Shown here: piece by piece, positions 36,923 through 47,133 of the stretch
Position numbering within the stretch: position 1 is the stretch's first letter
Layout of the letters: every line of letters starts with the position of its first letter
Assembly (NCBI GenBank): GCA_964394355.1
Contig: CAYMVQ010000004.1
Span: 15,090 to 79,089 of the forward strand
From: an uncultured Clostridiaceae bacterium
GTDB lineage: Bacteria > Bacillota > Clostridia > Lutisporales > Lutisporaceae
Direction: 5' to 3'
DNA length: 64,000 nt
Notes under the pieces: generated by a model
Database searches by the model: none
Seen by the model: the letters and a program-made list of their open reading frames with translations, nothing else
Told to the model about the DNA's origin: nothing
Translations under genes and position numbers: made by a program

Positions 36923-37031
36923 AAAACCACCTATAGATTGTTTTTGCAAATAAAAAATAAAAGGGTATAATATAATATGCATAAAAAAAACAAAGGTGAA
37001 TTGCATATTTATATTTCAAGGAGGAGTCTAT

Positions 37032-37232
37032 ATGGCAATTATAGATTTTCAGTGTGAAGATTGCGGTGAAAAATTTTTCGAAATAGTTAACTCATCAAAC
37101 AGGGATAAAGCAAAATGCTCAAAATGCGGAAGCAAAAATATAAAACAGGTTTTTGAAGGGAAGTGTTGTTCAACAGCTAGTAAAACGGGGAGAAGTTGCA
37201 GTGGTTCCTGTGGTTCATGCAGTGGCTGCTAA
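37032..37232 (+). CDS. FmdB-family zinc-ribbon protein
   Basis: MAIIDFQCEDCGEKF...CSKCGS, with a Cys/Gly/Ser-rich tail SCSGSCGSCSGC. AGGAG RBS. Confidence 0.7.
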   Translation: MAIIDFQCEDCGEKFFEIVNSSNRDKAKCSKCGSKNIKQVFEGKCCSTASKTGRSCSGSCGSCSGC

Positions 37233-37361
37233 AAGATACCAATGAGAATAGCAAGGAATTGTTATATAATATAGCTGGTATTATTGAAAAGTAAGTAAAC
37301 TAATACTTAGCGTAAGAAAATGTAAGATTTTATATTTTCATTGGGAAGCGAGAATTTGAAT

Positions 37362-38135
37362 ATGAAAAAGAAGTTTTTTATAATAGTGCTTGTAGTTTTA
37401 ATAGCGCTATTTTTTATACAAGATAATAACATAAGTATAATAAGAAATGCCGGCTATAAGACCTTAAAAACTATGGCCTATTATAATAATGTAAAATTTA
37501 ATAAGGATATAGATTTTTATGAAAGCCGTCATTTTATAATAGGTGGATCTGATATAGATAGTAATGTAGGAGCCAAAATTGGAATACTATTGGATAAGGC
37601 CTATTACTTAGTAGGAAAGGAGTTTGATTATTTCCCGGATAAAAAAAGCCCTGTAATCCTATATAAGGACATGGGGGAGTTTTGGGAACAAAACAAACAA
37701 TTAGAGGGTCAAGATATAATGGGCCTTTATCATATGGGTATTATCCATTTAATTGTACCGGAGGTATTTGGCATGGATTTTTCTCAATATGAAAGAGAGG
37801 GTCCTGTTCTACATGAATATACCCATAAGCTAGTTGATGACATAAGCCTTGGCAATGTAGATATTTGGTTTACTGAAGGCTTGGCCTTATATCAGGAATA
37901 CTTGCATTATGGTACAAAATGGGGAGAAGGTTTGGACTATAGCGACAACTATACTATTGAAGAATTAAAAGAAGATTTTTTTTCCCTTGATAATGTACAA
38001 GCCTATAAACAAGCATTTGACATGGTTAGTAAGATTTATAATAAAAAAGAAAAGGAGGAACTTATAAAAATATTGAATCAACTAGGAAAAGGAAAAAATA
38101 TAGAAGAATTAATGTCATTTGAGCAAATATTTTGA
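37362..38135 (+). CDS. Membrane-anchored putative zinc metallopeptidase (HExxH)
   Basis: TM anchor. HEYTH motif followed by FTEGLA, giving a gluzincin-like HExxH...E arrangement. Confidence 0.5.
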   Translation: MKKKFFIIVLVVLIALFFIQDNNISIIRNAGYKTLKTMAYYNNVKFNKDIDFYESRHFIIGGSDIDSNVGAKIGILLDKAYYLVGKEFDYFPDKKSPVILYKDMGEFWEQNKQLEGQDIMGLYHMGIIHLIVPEVFGMDFSQYEREGPVLHEYTHKLVDDISLGNVDIWFTEGLALYQEYLHYGTKWGEGLDYSDNYTIEELKEDFFSLDNVQAYKQAFDMVSKIYNKKEKEELIKILNQLGKGKNIEELMSFEQIF

Positions 38136-38251
38136 TATATAAGCAAATATCTTATAAGAATTTTTAAAGGTTAAATGGTATAATTGTAGAATATATATAT
38201 TAAGCATAATACATTTATTCCGTTTAAAAAAATTGTAAAGAGGGGTAAATT

Positions 38252-38947
38252 ATGAATAATAGAATTCTAGTAGTTGATGATGAAAAACCTATCGCCGACA
38301 TAATTAAGTATAACCTAGAAAAAGAAGGTTACAAGGTATTTGTAGCGGAGGATGGCAAGCAGGCAATAGATGCTACATATGAACATAAACCGGAATTGAT
38401 TATTCTGGATATAATGCTACCAATTATGGATGGTTTCACAGTATGCAAAAAGCTTAGAGAAAATATAAGTACTCCCATAATAATGCTAACGGCAAAGGAA
38501 GAAGAAGTGGATAAGGTGCTAGGTCTGGAATTGGGTGCTGATGATTATATGACCAAACCTTTTAGTGTAAGGGAATTATTGGCTAGAGTAAAGGCCAATA
38601 TAAGAAGAGTGAATTTCCAAAACAATGGGATGAATGGCCCCGGTCAACTTATTAAATCCGGCAGTCTTATAATTGATTTAAATAGGTATGAAATTAGAAA
38701 AAAGGACCAAATTATTGAGCTTACATTAAGAGAATTCGAACTTTTGAAATATTTGGCCTTAAGTGCAGGACAAGTTTTTTCTAGAGAAACTTTATTAGAA
38801 GAAGTTTGGGGATATGAATATTACGGTGACGTAAGAACCGTAGATGTTACTGTTAGAAGGCTTAGGGAAAAAGTGGAGGACGATCCTAGCAACGCAAAGC
38901 TTGTCCTGACAAAAAGGGGCGTAGGCTATTATTTCAGGAGGTTATAG
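38252..38947 (+). CDS. walR: OmpR-family response regulator, WalR/YycF-like
   Basis: 231 aa. Receiver domain (DD...D...K) and winged-helix output ...VRRLREK...TKRGVGY. Locus synteny with walK-yycHIJ-htrA. Confidence 0.85.
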   Translation: MNNRILVVDDEKPIADIIKYNLEKEGYKVFVAEDGKQAIDATYEHKPELIILDIMLPIMDGFTVCKKLRENISTPIIMLTAKEEEVDKVLGLELGADDYMTKPFSVRELLARVKANIRRVNFQNNGMNGPGQLIKSGSLIIDLNRYEIRKKDQIIELTLREFELLKYLALSAGQVFSRETLLEEVWGYEYYGDVRTVDVTVRRLREKVEDDPSNAKLVLTKRGVGYYFRRL

Positions 38948-38950
38948 TGC

Positions 38951-40753
38951 ATGTTAAAAAGCATCCAGTGGAAACTGGTAATAATATATGTCCTCTTGGT
39001 TTGGCTGGCTATGTCCATTATAGGATTATACATAGTGCAAGCTGTTGAAAAGGATCAGATAAGCAATTTGGTAAACAGCATTATACCAAAAGGAAATTAT
39101 CTGTCCTTTTTACTTAAGGATAAAATGACGGGAGTCTATAATGTCCAAGATATTATAGACTATTGGTTTGTAGGTCAAGGGGATCAAATATCTGCAGTTT
39201 ATATTTTCAATAAGAATGGTAGGTATTTAGCACATAAGGGTGGAGACATGAGGGATCCTATTGAAGACGGTTATATTATTGATAGAGCCTTAAAAGGTGA
39301 AGTTATAAAAGATTATAATGATTCTACAGATTTAAAAAACAATTATAAAAGTATTGCCCTTCCAATATTATCAGGAAATGACGAGCTTTTAGGCGCTATA
39401 TACTTGAATATTGATTTAACTCAAATAAACAAATCCATAGTAAACATAAAAAACATACTGACTAGTGCCACTATTTTGGCCATTTCCATTACCATACTTT
39501 TAGGAAGTGTATTAGCTAGGACAATAACGGGACCTATAAAAGAAGTTACATCACAAGCTGAAAGACTTGCAAAAGGTGAGTTTGGTCATATTATTGCTGT
39601 TAAGTCTGATGATGAAATAGGTCAATTGACAGAAATGTTTAATTATATGACTGTCCGACTTAAAGAAACACTTAACGATGTATATAATGAAAAATCAAAG
39701 ATTGAAACCATACTGGCTTATATGACAGATGGTGTTGTTGCAGTTGATCTAAGTGGTAAAGTTCTACATGCAAATCCTGCAGCTTTTAAAGTTTTTGGCG
39801 TAGAAAATCAAAATGTAGAGGGAAGTTATTTCAATGAAATAACTGAGATGATGGGATTTGACTTTAGATTAGAAAACTTTAAATTAGAAAACAAAATGGA
39901 AAATGAAGAAAGTGCAAATAATGGACAAGATAGCATAATAAATATAGATGATTCTATTATAAGGGTTAGTGTGGCACCTTTTAAAAACGAGCGCTATGAA
40001 ACTGCTGGAGCTGTAATTGTTTTTCAAGATGTCACGGAAAGAGAAAAATTGGATCTAATGAGAAAAGAGTTTGTTGCCAATGTGTCCCATGAACTTAAAA
40101 CACCCTTGACTACAATAAAGAGCTACGCAGAAACATTGCAAGACGGCGCCTTGGATGATAGAGACACTTCTCTTAAATTTTTGGGAGTTATAGAAAGTGA
40201 ATCCGATAGGATGACAAGGCTCGTAAGGGACTTATTAATGTTGTCTAGACTTGATTATGACAAAGAAGAGCTGAATATGACGCCAATTGATATTGAGAAA
40301 ATTGTAAAAGAATCCATATATAAAATGGAGATTTCGGCAAAACAAAAAGAACAAAATGTCCTATTGAATATTAACGATGATATTCCGCAAATAATAGGTG
40401 ATAGAGATAGAATAGAGCAAGTTATTTTAAATATAATTAGTAACTCTATAGAATATACGCCCCAAAAAGGTGAAATAATAATAGAACTGGAAAAGCATGA
40501 AGCATATATTAGTATTAAGGTTAAGGATAATGGCATAGGCATACCTAAAGAGGATGCTGCAAGATTATTTGAAAGGTTTTACAGAGTGGATAAAGCCAGA
40601 TCCAGGATGCTAGGGGGCACCGGTCTAGGACTTTCCATAGCAAAGCAAATTGTTGAGGCCCACAAAGGTAGCATAGACTTGAAATCTATTTATGGTAAAG
40701 GAACTGAAGTAACAATCAAATTGCCTTCTTCACAAGATGTAAATTTATCTTAA
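38951..40753 (+). CDS. walK: Sensor histidine kinase, WalK/YycG-like
   Basis: 600 aa. Two TM segments flank an extracellular domain. HAMP and PAS regions. H-box FVANVSHELKTPLT. N, G1 and G2 boxes (DNGIGIP, GGTGLGLSI). Confidence 0.85.
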   Translation: MLKSIQWKLVIIYVLLVWLAMSIIGLYIVQAVEKDQISNLVNSIIPKGNYLSFLLKDKMTGVYNVQDIIDYWFVGQGDQISAVYIFNKNGRYLAHKGGDMRDPIEDGYIIDRALKGEVIKDYNDSTDLKNNYKSIALPILSGNDELLGAIYLNIDLTQINKSIVNIKNILTSATILAISITILLGSVLARTITGPIKEVTSQAERLAKGEFGHIIAVKSDDEIGQLTEMFNYMTVRLKETLNDVYNEKSKIETILAYMTDGVVAVDLSGKVLHANPAAFKVFGVENQNVEGSYFNEITEMMGFDFRLENFKLENKMENEESANNGQDSIINIDDSIIRVSVAPFKNERYETAGAVIVFQDVTEREKLDLMRKEFVANVSHELKTPLTTIKSYAETLQDGALDDRDTSLKFLGVIESESDRMTRLVRDLLMLSRLDYDKEELNMTPIDIEKIVKESIYKMEISAKQKEQNVLLNINDDIPQIIGDRDRIEQVILNIISNSIEYTPQKGEIIIELEKHEAYISIKVKDNGIGIPKEDAARLFERFYRVDKARSRMLGGTGLGLSIAKQIVEAHKGSIDLKSIYGKGTEVTIKLPSSQDVNLS

Positions 40754-40836
40754 TATTATTGTAACACTACTGTAATATAATTAATGTATAATTTAATTGA
40801 AAGCTTGTGGTTTAAATGATTTTAGGGGGATATCCT

Positions 40837-41349
40837 ATGGCAAATAAAGGATTTGTTAAAATTTTAATTATAGTTCTTCTTCTATCTATGATTGTATTAC
40901 CTTTGATATCTGCGGTAATTTCAGCAGACGATGGCAATATGATATTATTTAATTTTTTGGATGAAACAGAAGATACTTTGGAGTCAAGGATATTCTATAA
41001 TAAGGAAATAATGCTTGCTGGTAGTGCTTTAGAAAATACGGAAATTACGGTAAACAAATATTGGTACAAAGCCTTCAAAGACAAGAGTATTGTATTTAAG
41101 GACGGCTATGATTTTGATTGTGATGAAGGTGAATGGATTTCCCAAAAAGAATATACTCGTACTGTTGGAGCTTCAGGTATTTTTGCCATACCTATAAAAA
41201 TTAATGCAGGTAAATATAAAATTGAAGTTATAGCAAAAAAGGATAATAATATTAATGAAAAAGAAATAGAAATAGAATATAATGATAAGGGGAGAATAAA
41301 CGAGGAATTCAGACTTAGGATTTTTAGAGATTTTAATTTAAGCTTATAA
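40837..41349 (+). CDS. Secreted hypothetical protein
   Basis: ATG 40837 follows AGGGGGA. Has a signal peptide (…LPLISAVISA). No family recognised. Confidence 0.5.
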   Translation: MANKGFVKILIIVLLLSMIVLPLISAVISADDGNMILFNFLDETEDTLESRIFYNKEIMLAGSALENTEITVNKYWYKAFKDKSIVFKDGYDFDCDEGEWISQKEYTRTVGASGIFAIPIKINAGKYKIEVIAKKDNNINEKEIEIEYNDKGRINEEFRLRIFRDFNLSL

Positions 41350-41367
41350 TAATTATTTTATCAAGGA

Positions 41368-42780
41368 ATGGTCACTTTGAAACTAGAAAAATTAAAAACT
41401 ACTATTCTCATATTTTTGGTCCTTATCAGTATAGTACTAACTACCCGTATATGGTTGGATATAACCACTCCGGGTATTTTTATTATGTTCGAAAATAAAA
41501 GAAATGCAGCAGACGAAAAAGAGATAATATCCTTTAATAATATGTCTCTTATAAAACCGGGAAAAATGATAGTTAACAATAATGGTAAGCATAGCTTAAT
41601 TTTTAATGACTACGAAACGGGCCCCATTTTTAATAGGCTTATGGAAGAAGTGTTGGATTCCCTTATTTTATTAGCAGCAGAAGAAGGGACAGTATCTTAT
41701 GATATACTATCTATGGATTCCATAGGAAAAATTAGATCAGGCAGTAATGTAGAAATAATATTCCCATTTTCCTACGATATACAAACAATATCATCTCTTT
41801 TAAAAATAAGCCCGGAAAAATATTCAGATATAGATAAGATAGACACTATTATCATGTCTTTTGATAGCAATTTGCTTTATATTATTGATAAAGAAGAGAA
41901 TAGTATTTATAAAATGAATAATAAGAAGTTTCATAGCGATTTAAAATTTTTATCAGACATGCTAAATAAGCTTTCAACTTATTCATATGTGTTTTTAAAT
42001 GAAGTTGACCCAATCAAATATGGGGAAGATGTGCTTATACCTGTTTGCAATTCTCCTTATAAGCTACCCAAGCTCCTAGCAAAATCTGAAGTAGAAGATA
42101 ATAATTCAAAAAATATTGCAGCGGATTTTTTTGATGTAGATCTTAATTCCTTAAGAAGCATTGTGGAGCCAAATGGGACCATTATATATACTGATGGTAC
42201 AGAAAAGGGAATGAAAATAGACAATAAGGGCCTTATAGAATATGTTTCCTATTCAAATAGCGAAAAGCAGAATAAACTGAACCTTTCAATAGATGAACAA
42301 ATAAATGTAGGCACAAATTTTATAAACACTTATTTAGGCTTCCCAAAAGATACTTATATTTCATCCATAGAAAGTGCAGAAGATAATGCTTGCACAATAA
42401 GATATAATTATACTTATGAAGGTTTGCCTATAATAAATGAGCATTTGGAATTTAAGAGTCCTATGGAAATAGAAATAGTAGACGGTAGGGTAAAAAAGTT
42501 TAAAAGGCTTATAAGGCATATCAAAGAGACAGAGGAGATAAAGAATATAAAAAATCCACTAGATATAATAGATGTTTTATATAAAAGGCTTTCTGAAAAA
42601 AACATAGAAATAGACCATGTTCTAATCAAGGACATTTATCTTGCCTATATGGAATTTGAACAGAGTAATGATATTTTTATGTTGCCGGTTTGGGTAATCC
42701 ATCTAACAACAGATAAAGAAAATGAAGGCGAATATATGATGAATGCCGAAACTGGGGTAATACTATGGGAACCCTATTAA
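41368..42780 (+). CDS. yycH: YycH-like two-component regulator protein
   Basis: About 467-470 aa. Single N-terminal TM ending ...TTRIW. Sits after walK, as in Bacillus. The start may be the TTG at 41377. Confidence 0.7.
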   Translation: MVTLKLEKLKTTILIFLVLISIVLTTRIWLDITTPGIFIMFENKRNAADEKEIISFNNMSLIKPGKMIVNNNGKHSLIFNDYETGPIFNRLMEEVLDSLILLAAEEGTVSYDILSMDSIGKIRSGSNVEIIFPFSYDIQTISSLLKISPEKYSDIDKIDTIIMSFDSNLLYIIDKEENSIYKMNNKKFHSDLKFLSDMLNKLSTYSYVFLNEVDPIKYGEDVLIPVCNSPYKLPKLLAKSEVEDNNSKNIAADFFDVDLNSLRSIVEPNGTIIYTDGTEKGMKIDNKGLIEYVSYSNSEKQNKLNLSIDEQINVGTNFINTYLGFPKDTYISSIESAEDNACTIRYNYTYEGLPIINEHLEFKSPMEIEIVDGRVKKFKRLIRHIKETEEIKNIKNPLDIIDVLYKRLSEKNIEIDHVLIKDIYLAYMEFEQSNDIFMLPVWVIHLTTDKENEGEYMMNAETGVILWEPY

Positions 42781-42800
42781 TATTCTAAGGGGGCTTATCA

Positions 42801-43667
42801 ATGAATTGGTCAAAAGCTAAAAGTATATTAATAATAATGTTTTTGATTGCAGATGTGTTTTTATTTTATGTAACATACTCTGATGATATAATTGGTCGAC
42901 AAAATAAGGATAATACCATGCAGGTATTGGAATATCTAAAGAATCAAGATATTATAATAAAAGGAAAAATCCCAAATAAGGGCACTCCAGCCCCCCTTCT
43001 TAATGTAAAATATAAGCTCTTGAAAGAAGAGGAGGCTAGGGAGATTTTTTTTGACTCAAAGGAGAGGATTTCCATTAAAAATAATAAGGAAGGGACCTCC
43101 ATGGAAAGTAGCAAGGCATTTTTAGAAATAATGAGTAGCGGTGACTTGTTTTATTTAAATAAATCTCTTAGTAATAAAGAAGCTAATAGAAGCCTTGATG
43201 AAGCAATGGCAAAAAAAAATATTGAAGAATTTTTAGAATTATTGGATATTGATTTAAATGATACAATCATAATAAAAAAGAATGTTGTGGATAATAATCT
43301 TAACATTAAGTATAATCAAACTTATAAGGGACAATTTATTGATAATAGCTACTTGGAAATAAGAGCTTGCAATAGCGGTGTTTCTTATATGAAAATGCTA
43401 TGGTTTGAATCTGTAGAAAGTGGCAAAACTAAAAAAGAGGTCATATCTCCTATCAAGGCATTAATGAAACTGTCCGAACTATATAGGGAAATGGAAAATA
43501 CGATTAGGGTAGAAGATATTAGCCAGGGATACTATTTTGGCTCCGGAGGGCCCTTTGACATCAAGCAAATTGAAGAAGGGACAGCTATAGCTGTATGGAG
43601 GCTAAAAACTGATCTGGGTATTATTTATATAAATGCGTATAATGGAAATGTTGAGGAAAACTATTAA
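42801..43667 (+). CDS. yycI: YycI-like two-component regulator protein
   Basis: N-terminus MNWSKAKSILIIMFLIADVFLFY closely resembles the YycI consensus start. 288 aa. Confidence 0.75.
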   Translation: MNWSKAKSILIIMFLIADVFLFYVTYSDDIIGRQNKDNTMQVLEYLKNQDIIIKGKIPNKGTPAPLLNVKYKLLKEEEAREIFFDSKERISIKNNKEGTSMESSKAFLEIMSSGDLFYLNKSLSNKEANRSLDEAMAKKNIEEFLELLDIDLNDTIIIKKNVVDNNLNIKYNQTYKGQFIDNSYLEIRACNSGVSYMKMLWFESVESGKTKKEVISPIKALMKLSELYREMENTIRVEDISQGYYFGSGGPFDIKQIEEGTAIAVWRLKTDLGIIYINAYNGNVEENY

Positions 43668-43838
43668 ATCATGTAATACATTATTATGTCATGCAAATTT
43701 TACGAAATTCATGTTATAATATCCTCATAGGTGTGGATATTGTAAGCTTAAGGTGAACTGCATTGAAATATCCACTGTTTGATGAAGGAGGTTTAGCAAA
43801 GTCAAATCTAAGTATTATAATATAATTCAGCAAAAACC

Positions 43839-45110
43839 ATGGATAAGGAGAAGGAGCCATTGGATAAACTTGTAATAGAAGGCGGAAATTCATTGGTGGG
43901 AGAAATCAGTATAAGTGGCGCTAAAAATTCAGCTGTAGCAATTTTACCAGCTTCTTTACTAACTAAAGAGACTTGTATAATAAAGAATCTCCCTAATATA
44001 AAAGATGTCTATTATATCAACAATATATTACTTCAACTTGGGGCGAAAATTAAAGAAGACGGGTGCAAACTTATTCTTGACAACTCCAGTATCAATACAT
44101 ACGATGTAGATTATGAGATTTCAAAGAAACTGAGGGCATCATATTATTTTATAGGTGCATTACTAGGACGATTTAAAAAGGCCAGGGTGCCTTTCCCGGG
44201 TGGCTGTGATATAGGTGTAAGGCCTATTGACCAGCATATAAAAGGTTTTGAAGCATTGGGAGCCAAAATTTCCATAAAACATGGAATAGTTTGGGCGGAA
44301 GCTGATGAGCTTATTGGTGCTCCTATATTTTTAGATATAGTAAGTGTGGGAGCCACAATTAATATTATGCTAGCAGCATGCCTAGCAAAAGGCACGACAG
44401 TAATAGAAAATGCGGCAAAAGAACCTTATATAGTAGATACTGCAAACTTTTTAAATGCTATGGGCGCCAATATTAAGGGTGCAGGGACGGATGAGATAAA
44501 AATAAAAGGTGTAGAGCATTTAGGAAGCTGCGAGCATTGCATTATACCGGATCAAATGGAGGCCGGCACATTTATGATAGCGGCAGCGGCATCCAAGGGC
44601 AATGTATTAGTAAAAAATATTATACCCACTCATTTAGATTCCATTAGTGCAAAAATGAGGGAAATGGGTATTAAGGTAATAGAAAACGGGGACTCCCTTA
44701 GGGTAATGTCCAATGGTAGACCTAGGGCGGCAAATATTAAAACCATGCCTTATCCTGGCTTTCCCACAGACTTGCAACAGCCTATGAGTGTATTATTATC
44801 TATAGCAGAAGGGACGGCCATAATAACTGAAAGTATTTATGACGGTAGATTCAAGCATGTAGATGAATTAAAGAAAATGGGTGCAAGAATAAACGTAGAA
44901 GGTAGAATTGCAGTAATTGAGGGTATCCAAAAGCTCTCGGGTGCCCCGGTGTGTGCAACGGATTTAAGGGCCGGAGCCGCAATGGTAATAGCAGGCCTAT
45001 CTGCGGAGGGCAAAACGGAGATAAATAACTTAACCCATATAGACAGAGGTTATGAAAGATTAGAAGAAAAACTTTTGAAAATAGGGGCAAAGTTAAAAAG
45101 AATACAGTAA
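43839..45110 (+). CDS. murA: UDP-N-acetylglucosamine 1-carboxyvinyltransferase
   Basis: 423 aa. ISGAKNSAV, the active-site loop [14 protein letters not shown] and GFPTDLQ. The start may be the TTG at 43860 (LDKLVIEGG). Confidence 0.95.
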   Translation: MDKEKEPLDKLVIEGGNSLVGEISISGAKNSAVAILPASLLTKETCIIKNLPNIKDVYYINNILLQLGAKIKEDGCKLILDNSSINTYDVDYEISKKLRASYYFIGALLGRFKKARVPFPGGCDIGVRPIDQHIKGFEALGAKISIKHGIVWAEADELIGAPIFLDIVSVGATINIMLAACLAKGTTVIENAAKEPYIVDTANFLNAMGANIKGAGTDEIKIKGVEHLGSCEHCIIPDQMEAGTFMIAAAASKGNVLVKNIIPTHLDSISAKMREMGIKVIENGDSLRVMSNGRPRAANIKTMPYPGFPTDLQQPMSVLLSIAEGTAIITESIYDGRFKHVDELKKMGARINVEGRIAVIEGIQKLSGAPVCATDLRAGAAMVIAGLSAEGKTEINNLTHIDRGYERLEEKLLKIGAKLKRIQ

Positions 45111-45180
45111 AAAGAAAGTAATTACGGCGAAGGCAGCAATAGGGTCTATCGCCTTTTAAATTTATAGAGGAGGAAATATA

Positions 45181-45987
45181 TTGGCAAAACTTTGTTCTTT
45201 AGCAAGTGGAAGCAGTGGAAACTGTATTTATATAAGCAATAATAAGACAGGCCTTCTAATCGATGCTGGCATATCTTTTAAGGCGATTTCCCAAAGGCTA
45301 AAAGATAGTAATATTTACGAAAACAATATAAAAGCTTTACTTATAAGCCATGAGCATTCAGATCATATTAAATGTGCAGGGGTTGTTTCAAGGAAGCTTG
45401 ATATACCTATTTATGCCAACTCCAACACCTGGGAAGCAATGGAATCATCTTTAGGCAAGTTAAAGAATAAAAATATCAAAGTTTTTAAAACAGGTTCGGA
45501 ATTTGAAATAGAAAATATATTAATAAAATCATTTAGTATCCCCCATGATGCTGTGGAACCGGTAGGATTTACTCTGCAATTAAAGGGGGTAAAAGTGGGC
45601 TTTGCCACGGACTTGGGGTATTTTAGCGATGGGGCCAAGGATAATCTAAAGAATTCGGACTTTGTTTTTTTGGAGTCAAATCATGACGTGGAAATGTTAA
45701 AAGTAGGCAATTATCCTTATTTTTTAAAAAGAAGAATCCTAAGTGAAGTGGGGCATTTATCAAATGAGTCGGCTGGCAATGCAGCTTGCGAACTTATTGA
45801 ATCTGGCATAAATCGAATAATGTTAGGGCACTTAAGCCAAGAAAATAATTTTCCCCAACTGGCCTATGAAACAGTAAAAAGTATAATGTGTGCAAAAGGA
45901 ATAAAAATAGGTAAAGATGTAGATTTAAGCTTAGCTCCTCGCAACAGTGTGAGCAAGATAATTTCCTGGGATAATTGTATACTATAG
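45181..45987 (+). CDS. MBL-fold metallo-hydrolase, WalJ/YycJ-like
   Basis: TTG start after an AGGAGG RBS. HEHSDH motif. Position matches yycJ in Bacillus-type wal loci. Confidence 0.8.
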   Translation: MAKLCSLASGSSGNCIYISNNKTGLLIDAGISFKAISQRLKDSNIYENNIKALLISHEHSDHIKCAGVVSRKLDIPIYANSNTWEAMESSLGKLKNKNIKVFKTGSEFEIENILIKSFSIPHDAVEPVGFTLQLKGVKVGFATDLGYFSDGAKDNLKNSDFVFLESNHDVEMLKVGNYPYFLKRRILSEVGHLSNESAGNAACELIESGINRIMLGHLSQENNFPQLAYETVKSIMCAKGIKIGKDVDLSLAPRNSVSKIISWDNCIL

Positions 45988-46035
45988 TTATATAATATAC
46001 TTATAGTAATAAGATATAAAGTGGGGTGATGATTT

Positions 46036-47133
46036 ATGAAGAGAAGCGGGAATGGATTAGCCTATTTTGCCATGGGGCTATTAGGGGCAGTTATCGGCGG
46101 TTTTATTATGGCAGCAATTGCGCCTACATATATTTACGGCAAATTAATAGCCTACCCAGAAGTACAGGAAAATATTCCCGGCCAAAACATTACCATTAAT
46201 ACTAGTGAGGATATTACTGTTGCCGGTGCAGTTGCAAAAAAGGTGATGCCTTCCGTAGTGGGAATAAGCACAGTGACTATTCATAGGGATTTTTTCTTTG
46301 GTTCTAGGATGAAAGAAGGCGTAGGCTCCGGTGTTATAGTAGATCCAAGAGGTTATATACTTACAAACTCCCATGTTGTCGGCACTAACAGGAGAAAACT
46401 TACAGTATTTATTATGGATGGTAGGGAGTTGGAAGGCGCCGTATTATGGCAGGATCCCGGTTTGGATTTGGCGGTATTAAAGGTAGATGCTACAAATTTG
46501 ACTGCGGCAGATTTAGGAGATTCTGAAGTTATAGAAGTAGGTGAAACAGCTATAGCTATTGGAAATCCACTAGGCTTAAGATTCGAAAGGACTGTGACCC
46601 AAGGCATTATATCTGGACTTAATAGAAGTATTATGGTGGAACAAGGAGCGATAATGGAAGACCTTATACAGACAGATGCGGCTATAAACCCGGGTAATAG
46701 TGGTGGACCTTTGATTAATAAAAATGGTGAGATTATTGGTATTAATACAGTAAAGGTTACAGCGGAGGGCTTGGGCTTTGCCATACCGATAAATATAAGC
46801 AAGCCTATTATCATGCATTTTGTAGAAGATGGGGTATTTGATGCCCCATACTTAGGAATATACACTTTGGATAAAGAGATTGTTGGATATTATGAAACGG
46901 ATATTACCATAAAATCCGGGCTTTATATACATGAAATAGTGAAAGGCTCTTCAGCAGAAGAAGTTGGCTTAAGAGAAGGAGATATAATAACCCATATAGA
47001 CGGAATTGAAGTCAATACTATGTTAAAGCTAAGATCTATTATATATTATAAAAAACCAGGGGACATGGTTGAAATAAGGTACTTAAGAAAAGGCCAGGAG
47101 CACAAAGTCGATGCGACACTTCAAGGCAAGTGA
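46036..47133 (+). CDS. htrA: HtrA/DegP-family serine protease with a PDZ domain
   Basis: TM anchor. Catalytic contexts TNSHVV, DLAVLK and GNSGGPL. C-terminal PDZ domain. Confidence 0.9.
   Translation: MKRSGNGLAYFAMGLLGAVIGGFIMAAIAPTYIYGKLIAYPEVQENIPGQNITINTSEDITVAGAVAKKVMPSVVGISTVTIHRDFFFGSRMKEGVGSGVIVDPRGYILTNSHVVGTNRRKLTVFIMDGRELEGAVLWQDPGLDLAVLKVDATNLTAADLGDSEVIEVGETAIAIGNPLGLRFERTVTQGIISGLNRSIMVEQGAIMEDLIQTDAAINPGNSGGPLINKNGEIIGINTVKVTAEGLGFAIPINISKPIIMHFVEDGVFDAPYLGIYTLDKEIVGYYETDITIKSGLYIHEIVKGSSAEEVGLREGDIITHIDGIEVNTMLKLRSIIYYKKPGDMVEIRYLRKGQEHKVDATLQGK

Noticed and set aside
36923-37006. 5' extension of the S8 peptidase ORF, and the overlapping 36996 start of the zinc-ribbon ORF
   Set aside because: Both extensions lack an RBS and run through the shared divergent promoter region. 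Internal starts 36922 (AGGTGG RBS) and 37032 (AGGAG RBS) are better supported.
43732-43774. DnaA-box-like sequences (TGTGGATAT / ATATCCAC) upstream of murA
   Set aside because: They are the two arms of a single 9-bp hairpin in the murA leader. Each is an imperfect match, and there is no further box clustering.
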